Assembly (NCBI RefSeq): GCF_004010195.1
Contig: NC_057754.1
Location: forward strand, 7,645,546-7,682,694
Direction of reading: 5' to 3'
Source: Chiloscyllium plagiosum
Lineage: Eukaryota
Length of the DNA stretch: 37,149 nt
Part shown: piece after piece, positions 11,613 through 20,300 of the stretch
Numbering within the stretch: position 1 is the first letter of the stretch
Layout: each line of letters starts with the position of its first letter
Position numbers and translations under genes: made by a program
Notes under the pieces: generated by a model
What the model was told of the DNA's origin: nothing
The model's input: only the letters and a program-made list of their open reading frames with translations
Databases searched by the model: none

Positions 11613-11708
11613 TTCTCCTGTTCCTTGGATGATGCCTGACCTGCTGCGCTTTTCCAGCAACACATTTTCAGCTCTGATCTCCAGCATCTGCAGTCCTCAC
11701 TTTCTCCT
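11581..11708 (+). mobile_element. Family B Penelope-derived terminal fragment
   Basis: Hammerhead followed by GATTCTCCTG..CCAGCATCTGCAGTCCTCACTTTCT, shared with the 11109 and 30820 elements. Confidence 0.7.
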
Positions 11709-11755
11709 CCATCCAGATAACTGATATTCAGAAAATTGAGGTTCTTCTGTAAAGG

Positions 11756-11936
11756 TTTGGAGATGCCGGTGTTGGACAGGGGTGTACAAAGATAAAAATC
11801 ACACAACACCAGGTTATAATCCAACAGGTGTATTTGGAAGCATAGCTTTCGTACAACCACCTGATGAAGGAGCAGCGCTCCGAAAGCTATTGCTTCCAAT
11901 TGAACCTGTTGCACTGTAACCTGGTGTTGCGTAACC
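11756..11936. mobile_element. Self-inverted family A insertion ~50 bp upstream of the duplicated promoter
   Basis: Arms ~11803-11851 and ~11881-11929 are complementary; TSD TCTGTAAAGG (11746-11755; 11937-11946). Confidence 0.75.
11858..11892 (+). ncRNA. Minimal hammerhead ribozyme motif (family A), core intact, stem I mismatched
   Basis: CAC-CTGATGA-A-GGAGC(agc)GCTCC-GAAA-GCTA-TTG; the other family A copies have GTG here. Confidence 0.65.
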
Positions 11937-11987
11937 TCTGTAAAGGATGAGCCATGAGACGGCGCGTTGGCACGTTCCCATGGCGAC

Positions 11988-12307
11988 GGGCTTGCGTGAT
12001 GACGTCAGGCGGCGCTATATAAAGCGGCCATTTCGGGCGGACGGCTCTTAAGTCTGGCACCGGGAGAGGTTGCCAGACGGAGCGGAGGAAGGGTACCGCC
12101 GCTCGACCGACCGCCGATGACGGCCAACCTGGAGCCCGACTGAGTCGGGGCTTGCGTGATGACGTCAGGCGGCGCTATATAAAGCGGCCATTTCGGGCGG
12201 ACGGCTCTTAAGTCTGGCACCGGGAGAGGTTGCCGGACGGAGCGGAGGAAGGGTACCGCCGCTCGCCCGACCGCTGATGACGGCCAACCTGGAGCCCGAC
12301 TGAGTCG
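11988..12307 (+). promoter_or_regulatory. Tandemly duplicated 160-bp core promoter/5' leader (CRE, TATA box, YY1-like GCCATTT)
   Basis: Units 11988-12147 and 12148-12307 differ at 3 positions. Each has TGACGTCA (12000-12007; 12160-12167), TATATAAAG (12016; 12176) and GCGGCCATTT, inside a CpG island just upstream of the ATG. Confidence 0.85.
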
Positions 12308-12348
12308 GTCCGGAGGCCTCCCCCCCCGTCCCACGACAGACGAGGAAG

Positions 12349-12975
12349 ATGGTGAAGATTTTCGTGGGCAACCTGCCGGGCTCGTGCCCGGCGGCCGACC
12401 TGCGCGTCCTGTTCGAGGCCTACGGCCTGGTGAACGAGTGCGACGTGCTGGGCGGCTACGCGTTCGTGCACATGGAGAAGGAGGCGGAGGCCAAGCGCGC
12501 CATCTTGGAGCTGCGGGGCCGCCTGGTGCGGGGCTCGCCGCTGACGGTGGAGCTGGCGACGGCGCGCCTGCGGAACGCCACCAAGCTGTACGTGGGCAAC
12601 GTGGCGGAGGCGGCCAGCACCCGGGAGCTGCAGGCGCTGTTCGAGCGCCACGGCCGCGTGGTCGAGTGCGACATCGTCAAGAACTACGCCTTCGTGCACA
12701 TGGAGAAGGAGCGGCAGGCGCTGGACGCCATCCGCGCCCTCAGCGGCACCGAGCTGGCCGGCCAGCGCATCTACGTGCAGCTCTCCAAGTCCAACCCGGC
12801 GCGGGGCCCCGCCGCGGCGCCCGGCCTCCCTCCCGCCGCCTTCCTGCCCCCCGGCGCTCCTCCCCCCATGCCACCCCCGCCTCCCCCTCCTTACCTGAGG
12901 GGTGCCCACCTCCGGTGCGGCCAGGACGGTGGCCACCTCAGCAACGGTTACAGCAGCAAGATTTGGGGCTACTGA
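12349..12975 (+). CDS. rbm4: RBM4/RBM14 (lark) family RNA-binding protein, two RRMs plus proline-rich tail (RBM4.1-like)
   Basis: 208-aa ORF with RNP2 motifs KIFVGNL and KLYVGNV, RNP1 motif YAFVHM twice, ECDIVKNYAFVHME and VQLS as in RBM4. Strong Kozak (AAGATGG), very high GC3. Paralog identity and true C-terminus (possible splicing) are uncertain. Confidence 0.88.
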   Translation: MVKIFVGNLPGSCPAADLRVLFEAYGLVNECDVLGGYAFVHMEKEAEAKRAILELRGRLVRGSPLTVELATARLRNATKLYVGNVAEAASTRELQALFERHGRVVECDIVKNYAFVHMEKERQALDAIRALSGTELAGQRIYVQLSKSNPARGPAAAPGLPPAAFLPPGAPPPMPPPPPPPYLRGAHLRCGQDGGHLSNGYSSKIWGY

Positions 12976-14058
12976 GTATTCTTGTTTGTGGGGGTGGCGG
13001 TGGTAATAGGGGAAGGGGTACATAGAGAAGGGGGGCGACCCAGGGTAAGCGTGCCCTGCAACCTGGGAGGGTACTGAAGGGGTAATGGGCACCACAGGCG
13101 CTCCCGATTGCATCCACCTCCGCCCTCCCATTTACAAGATGAGCTGCTACAGCCCAGAGCCAGGGATGTCTACACCCCTCTCTGGAATGTTGCTGGCCTA
13201 CACTTGTCAGGGCTAACAGGAGAAGTCAAGTTGAATATGAGTTTTGTGAGAGACTGAGTACTGGCTGTACTCGGCCAAGCCTGTGGTTGAGCAATCCATG
13301 GCACGAAAGACCTCAAGTTTTGTGTTTTGGCAGCGAGTGCTGGATCATTCCAAGTGCACTCGCTACTTGAGAGTGACCCTTTTTAAGCCAACAGGACTTC
13401 AAGCTTTGAGGTTTTTGGATTATCTAGCACCTTGGGTAGTTCCCTCTTGGTGTCTCTCCACTGCAATTGGCTTTTTTGCAAATGAGCAGCCTTTTCTCTG
13501 ACTATGTATTGTGAAATTTGACATTCTTGTGTGTTGTCCTGATGAGTGTTTTGTTTCAACACTAGCATGGGCCGCTCCCCTTTCCTCAGCTACCACCATC
13601 AATGCCCTCTGTCGGTCAGCTTTGAGTGCTGTGGGTAAAGTTATCCCCATTTGTGTGTTTTTAAAAGGGGTGGATCCTTGCATTAACCATGGCGTTTGAC
13701 CTAGCACTTGTGTGCAAAGCAAGCCAGAGTGCCTCTGTGAACATTTAATCCTCTTTATCTCTCTTTTTGTTTCAAGAGGTGCTGCAGTTGCAGACGGGCA
13801 ACGGAAGACTTGAGCCGTGGAAGTTTGACCTTTCATCACGAACCCACCCCCTTGCCCCCTCCCTTGGTGATGGTGCACATCTTTCAGATTAGGACATGGG
13901 AGTGGGGCAAGGTGGGCAGGCCGGCAGTGGGGTGTTAGTGAAACACAGTTGTGATGTAGCTGGGGTGTCCGGAGCTCTGTCAGTTTGCAGCACTCCCTTA
14001 TTTTGCACCTGTCTCTGGTTTGTGTTCCTCTGCTCCTTTCTGCTTTCCCCAAATCCAG

Positions 14059-14535
14059 CTCACCGGGGGTTGACCGAAACAGTCCGCATTCGGGCCGGCG
14101 TTAGTAATTGAAGCCTCGTCCGTGTAAAGTTAACCGGGTTTGGACTGGCATCGGAGGGGGTGAAACTGTGACCGAACCCACATTGGCCGCCGAATGGCTT
14201 TTCCGTCTTTAAAAGGACCGCCGCTGTAGATTTGCCTTGCCCGTGGCGTGTGAACTGTATCTTGTTGCATTGTTTATCGCAGTGGGTTGGGGTTGGGTGG
14301 GTGGGAGAGAAACGGGCGCCGCTCAATTTGATGTGTAGATTATTGGAGAGCAAACCATTTTGTAAAGTGCCGACAAGTTGTAATAGCATTTGCTTTTATT
14401 CGGACGTCACTTTCTTTTTTTAAGAAAAAAAATCGGCTAGCGCATGAAGACGGTGTAGAAACCAATGTAATCGCCTCTGTACTTGTCGTTTCCTATTCGA
14501 CCTTGTGTGAATAAAACTTGTGACGGCTCTTGGGT
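14059..14535 (+). other. Probable terminal (3' UTR) exon of the RBM4-like gene
   Basis: Long pyrimidine tract ending in CAG (AG 14057-14058), retained CpGs, ends at the AATAAA. Vertebrate RBM4 genes have a non-coding last exon. Confidence 0.5.
14510..14515 (+). terminator. Polyadenylation signal of the RBM4-like gene
   Basis: AATAAA followed by a GU/U-rich tract (TCTTGGGTTTCCTTTTCGATTTC, ~14528-14550), at the end of unique UTR-like sequence. Confidence 0.65.
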
Positions 14536-14954
14536 TTCCTTTTCGATTTCGGCTGTATTTGAAGTGGGTTCCTCCTGTCCTTTTTTGATTAACTCACCCT
14601 GGGGCTCTGGTATTTCTCTGCATGGCATCTAGGGCTCTAATTCACTGCCGACTCTTCTGTCGGGAAGCGACTGAGTTCCAGATCAGGTAAGTCCATTTAC
14701 TAGAGTCTTGGTAGTCTGAATGTAACACGGGGCATTTTCTTTTCAGTCGGCTCACCTTGGTCAGCTCCAGTCCTAACTGTCTCCTTAACTCGTGACGTGT
14801 TTGGCCAGTCCATTGCCGTGTGGCCACATGCCTGGATACATAGAGCTCTTGAAAGAGCCTCCGACCCTTTCAAAGCACCTGTTTCCTGACGCAAATATTG
14901 ACTAGTGGCAGTTGCAAATAATGTGAGCACATCATGCTGAGTAAAATGTGCATA

Positions 14955-15172
14955 GAGTGAGTTTTTCTCCGGGTGCTTCTGTTTCCTCCCATGGTCCAAA
15001 GGTAAAAATCAGGCGGACCAGCCATCCTAAATTGCCCATAATGTCCGAATATGTATAGGTTATGTGGATTGGTCGTGGGAAATGTTGGGTTTATAAGGAT
15101 TGGGGGCTGTGGGATGCTGAACAGATGGACGATGTAGATTTGATGGGCTGAATGGCCAATAGAGTTTCTATG
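14955..15172 (+). mobile_element. 5'-truncated HE1-like SINE
   Basis: TCTCCGGGTGCTTCTGTTTCCTCCCATGGTCCAAAG body motif. Confidence 0.65.
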
Positions 15173-15634
15173 AAAGGAAGGAGGGTGGGTGTCTTCTCAC
15201 AGGCTTTCTTTTTTTGCTCCAGCCCCTATCTTTGGAGATCTGGATTGAAGTTTCATTGATGTAGAAAGCTCCTTCGTTGTCTGGATTTGGTGCTGTATGA
15301 CCTCCCCATTGATTGGCACCTCTGATCTGCCCTGCCCCAACCCCATTTTGGGCAAACCTGAACCTCAGTGGCTTTTATCCTCTGGTTCTATAAAACTAGC
15401 TGCAGGGATGGTGGATGAGCTGGCAACTGGCAAATAGCATTCAATTGAGATGGGGGAGCTTCAGCTAGTTCAGCTGGCATGATGCGGCTGAAAAATGCTA
15501 TGACCTCCAACTGGAAGTGTTAACTCATGCAGTTGGGCAATCTGTCCAACTGGACGAAGTTACTGTGGGCATTTTTTGAGGCTCTAATTGGGGTAGATAA
15601 AAGGGTCCAGTAGAGATGTGTGTGTCTTTCTTAT

Positions 15635-15758
15635 CACCTGACGAAAGAGGAGTGCTCTGAAAGCTTGCGATTTCAGCTTATCCTGTTGGGCACTAACCTG
15701 GTCTCGTGCGACTTCTGCCCTTGTTTTCCCCAGTCCAACACTGGCACCTCCACATCCA
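15635..15758 (+). mobile_element. Diverged family A-related Penelope fragment with hammerhead core
   Basis: CAC-CTGACGA-A-AGAG(gagtg)CTCT-GAAA-GCTT, then CCTGTTGG..AACCTGGT..CCCCAGTCCAACAC as at 2635-2705. Confidence 0.6.
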
Positions 15759-15779
15759 AGGTTTCCAAAAGGCATTCTA

Positions 15780-18045
15780 TAGGATAAGGCCATGCTCATT
15801 TAGGGGGTGATGTTTGGGCATCAATAAAGGAATGAACTGTTGGAGAGAAATTGAGAAGCAAATATGTAGAGAAATCTTAGATATATCGGCAAATAAGGTT
15901 GTGATAATGGGGAATTTCAATTTTCCCAACATTTGACTGGGGCTATCTTAGTGTGAAAGGCTTGGATAGTGAAAAATCTGTCACTGGAGAAGGTACAAAC
16001 GTTGATCTCTTCGGTAATAAGGCAAGGCAAGTGACTGAAGTGGTAGAGGACCACTTTGGGTCTAGCAGTCATAATTCTTAGTTTTTAAAATAGTTATAGA
16101 AAAGAATGAAACCTTATGTGAAAGTTAGTTTTAATTGGAGTAAGGCAAATTTTAATGAGTCAAAAGTTGATTGGAGTCGACTGCAGGTCAAAGTATGTCT
16201 AATAGTGGCTGGCTTTCAAGAGTTTGGAGGCATTATGTTCCTGTTAGAGTGAAGGGTAAGGCTGCTAAGATTAAGGAACAAGGGATGAATAAAGATATTG
16301 AGGATCCAGTCAAAACGAAGATAATCCTTAGAGACAACTGGGTTCAAATCACACTTTAAATCAATATGCAGAGTATCAGGGCATTCTTAGGAAGGCACTG
16401 ATGAGAGGGGATATGAGATAGGATTGACAAATGGGGTTAAAGATAATCTAAACTCTCATTGAGAGGGAGGGTATGGATCTTTAAAGATTTTGTTAAACCC
16501 CAGGAGGTGGAAGAGCTTATTGAAATAATATTTTGTAACCATTTTTTCTGTTGAGAAAGAAGTGGAGGCAAGAGAACTCTGAAATATTTAGTTTTGAGTT
16601 CCTGTTGAAGAGGAAGCTCTGGAGGCTTTAGAATATAAATCCCCAGGGCTTGAACTAATGTATCCCAGGCCACTGGGAAGTAAGGGAGGAATTATGGGGC
16701 CCTTTGCAGAAATATTTGCATCATCTCTAACTGTGTGAAATGAATGATGAGGGTGGCTAATGTATGCCTTATCTAAGAAGGGTTGCAAGAAGAAACCAGG
16801 GTACTGTAGACCTGAGAATCTGACTTTGGTTGTGGATAAGTTGATCCTAAAAGGTAGGATTTGTGGACATAGGCAGGAATTGATTAAGGATAGTGAGTAT
16901 GGTTTTGTTAAAGGAAAATAATATCTCATAAACTATTTTTTTTTGAAGAAGCTACCAAAAGAATGGTCAAGCAGCAGTTACTGTTTGGATTTCAGTAAAG
17001 CCTTCAAGGTTCTGTGTGGAAGGCTAATTAGTAATGTTGGGTCACATGGGGTTCAGGATGAGCTTGTCAATTGGATACATAATTGACTTGAAGACAGGAG
17101 ATATGAGACTGATAGGGGAAGGTTGCTTTTTGGACTGGAGGTGGTGTTCCACAGATTGGTTTTGGGTTTAGTTTTGTTTCATTACATAAATGATTTGGGT
17201 GAGAATATGGAAAGCATGGTTAGTAAGTTTGTGGATGACAGCAAAATTGGTGGCATATTAGACTAAAGGTTTTCTAAGATTATAAAGGGATTTTAATCAA
17301 ATAGGTCAATGGGCTGAAAAATGGCAGATGGCATTCAATTTGGAGAAATGAAAGGTATTTTATTTTGGCATAACACATAGGAGCACGTCTTGTACGATTA
17401 GCGGTAGGGCCTTGGGTAGTGTTGTAGAACAAGGGCACGGGGATGCAGGTATATAATTTTGCATCACGTATAGCCATGGCACTAAAAAGGCATTTAGCAT
17501 ACTTGCCTCCACTGCTCAGTCCTGAGTATAGGATTTGGGGCATGATGTTGAGGGTTGTACAGGGCATTGGTGAGGCCTCTTCTGGAGTACTATATTGAGT
17601 TTTTTGATCACCCTGTTTTAGGAAGGATATTATCAAACTGGACAGGGTTCAGAGACTTATCAGGATGTTGCTGGGTGTGGAACGTTTGAGTTGTAAAGAA
17701 AGCCTGGAACCTTTTTCACTGGAGCGTAGGAGGTTGAGGGGTGACCTTAGAAGTTTATAACATCATTGAGGTGTATAGATGGGTTAATGGCAGGTGTCCT
17801 TTCCTTAGGATGGGAGATTTCAAAAAAGGGTGTATATTTTCAAAGTAAGGAGAGAATTTTTTTTTTAAAAAAAAGTGGAGGACAACTTTTCTTACACAGG
17901 GTAGTTTGAATGTGGAATGAACTTCCTGAGGAATTGGGAAGTGATGGATGCAGGTACAGTTACAGCATTTAAAAGCAATTTGGATGAGTTTGAATGGAAA
18001 GGTTTGGAGGGGTATAGGTCAGGAGCAGGCAGGTGGGGCTAGTTT
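15780..18045 (+). mobile_element. Heavily decayed CR1 LINE (endonuclease to 3' tail)
   Basis: VVIMG(N)FNFPNI endonuclease motif at ~15900, RT FVDDSKIGG at ~17228 and WNELPEE at ~17913. Confidence 0.85.
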
Positions 18046-19115
18046 AGTGTCTGTGCTATAGGAATGACTACAAAGCAAAGACCAGGGATAAAGGAGACAT
18101 TTTGAAGTTGGCAACCTGTGGGGGCAGCTCACAATCAATTTGTGATCTGGACAGAGATGGTAGTAAGTGTATGTTGTGTATTTCAGTTTGCTTCTCATAC
18201 AAAGCCAGGTATGCATGTGGGCAGTGAGAAAGCAAGGAGTTGCAAAGAAGTTTGTGTATGTTAATTGGAGGTGAGGGGCAGTGAGATGGCAGATGGTGTG
18301 ATGGAGAAAAACTGTCATGTCTCTGACTGGAAGCTGAGGAAAGCAGAATGTGTTAATGATGTGGATATACAGACAGTGCACTCATTAGAAACAGCTATCC
18401 CATTGGTTCACGTGGCATTGGTGAAGGTATTGTATAGCATGACTGCCTTTATTGCAAGTGGATTGGAGTATAGGAATAAGCACATTTTGTAGGTTTTTGT
18501 TTTACAGTGCAGTTTGATAACCTACTAGTCACTCCCAGCCAGAGTTACTATTGTCTCTCTCAATTGCTGGCTTAAAATGGCTCTGCCCTGACCTTTTGAA
18601 TCCATTGGACAGGCCAAAGCCTGGCTGACTTCTGCTAAATATAACTTACTAAGAAGGTTCCTCAGGAAATCTTCTTAGTCCCGTAGAGTAGCATCAACCA
18701 GTCAATATCCTTCATAGATGCCAAACAAAGCCTTCACCCACTAAACTGAGTCTGCAGTCTCTGCCTGTTACTAAATCCCTGGTGTAAATCTCACTGTGAC
18801 AGCAGAATGAAAGGTTCAACTGGACTGTCAAATCAGACAGTATATTGCTAATTCCTGCAACCTGACCTGTTCAGGAATCTGAACTTTGAACTCCTGTGCC
18901 CAGTCTGCAAGATTTGGGAGGCGAGAGTTCCCAATGGTTTAATTCCCAGAGTGCATAAGGAAATGCTTGATATTTCCATTCTGCTGGCCCCTTTTTTTTA
19001 AAATTCACTGTTCTCAGGATTGTGGCTATCCTGTTTTTGCCCTGGGAGGAAGATACAAATTAACAACAAGATTGGTTTGCTGGTGTTGCTTTCTATGCCA
19101 AACAATTGGCAGCTT

Positions 19116-19385
19116 AGTGGTTAGCATTGCTGCCTCAGTGTCAGGGGCCTGGGTTCGATTCCACCGTCTGGCAACTGCCAACTCCACGGAGACATTCTCC
19201 CCATGTCTGCAGGGTTTCCTCTGGGTGATCCAGTTTTCTCCCACAGTCCAAAGATGTGCAGGTTAGTTGGATTAGCTGTGGGTGATGTGGGACTATGGAG
19301 TGTGGGTCTGAGTGGGATGCTCTTTGGTAAGTCGGCATAGACTTGATGGGCCAAATGGCCTGCGTTCACGCTGTAGGGATTCTGA
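19116..19385 (+). mobile_element. Diverged HE1-like SINE
   Basis: AGTGGTTAGCATTGCTGCCTCA..GGGTTCGATTCC (B box)..CCCACAGTCCAAAGATGTGCAGGTTAG. Confidence 0.8.
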
Positions 19386-20014
19386 TTAAGCCTTCAATCA
19401 GATCATGGCAGCATTGTCTGTTTAAGACCACCAATGGATTAAAACCAGTGTGTATGTAGAGTCCATGTTTGTTATTCATTAAGGTTTTGTTTGATGGGTT
19501 CCCAGTTTTGCCCTGTAAACCTTTAAATGTAATGAAGATTATTTAAAGTATAGGATGGGCTGAGAGCTGTACACCCAAGTAATAGTGGCACTCTGGCCCT
19601 TTTCAGAGGTGCCATTGGGATGGAGTAGTTAATTGAAGCATTTGAAGTTCACATTGTTGAGTGGGTCATTCAGGTATAGATTCAAGGCCAATAGATGTTT
19701 AAAATGTGACCAGGATCCTGTTCTTCAACCTGAGGTTTTGTTCTGCAGGACAGTCCTGGCTACCTCTGGATGCTAGCCACAAAACTGTCCGTTGTATTCA
19801 TTGCAGCTATCTAATCCTGAGTGCATCTCAAGCAGCTGTTGATGATGCTCCAACTGTTTTCCCCCAAACCCCTCGATCACCATCTCATGACCCACGTCCA
19901 CTGCAGTAAATCTGCCTTGTGTTAGTCACCATCAGTTTGGATTTTAAAGGGGATTCAAGAGCGATTGAAGTTTTGCTTAGGTGACATTGTTTTCATTCTG
20001 TATGACTGTCCTAC

Positions 20015-20300
20015 AATCTTTAGTCCAACTTGCCTGCACCAACCAGACACCCCAGTCTGACCTAGTCCCACTTGCCAGCATTTGACCCATGTCCCTCTAA
20101 ATCCTTCCTATTCATGTCCCCATCCAGATGCCTTTTCAATGTTGTAATTGGACCAGCCTCCCCCATGTCCTCTGGTGGCTTTTTCCATGCATGCACCACC
20201 CACTGCATGAAAGATTTACCCAAAAGATCTTTCTCACCTTAAAATCTGTGCCCTGTAGTTTTGGACACTGCCTCATGAAAGTACTTTTTTACCTTCTCTA
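20015..20300 (-). mobile_element. CR1 3' tail
   Basis: Matches 31900-32170. Confidence 0.7.

Noticed and set aside
12208..13131. 307-aa antisense ORF and 213-aa frame-shifted ORF over the RBM4-like CDS
   Set aside because: Expected stop-poor shadows of a very GC-rich CDS; low-complexity translations with no domain.
13539..13570. CTGATGA followed by a GTGTT/AACAC stem, hammerhead-like
   Set aside because: The stem is followed by TAGC rather than GAAA, so the core is incomplete.
13420..14052. 210-aa minus-strand ORF and most other short ORFs in the track
   Set aside because: No recognisable domains or coding-like composition; many are translations of SINE, LINE or Penelope-derived repeats.
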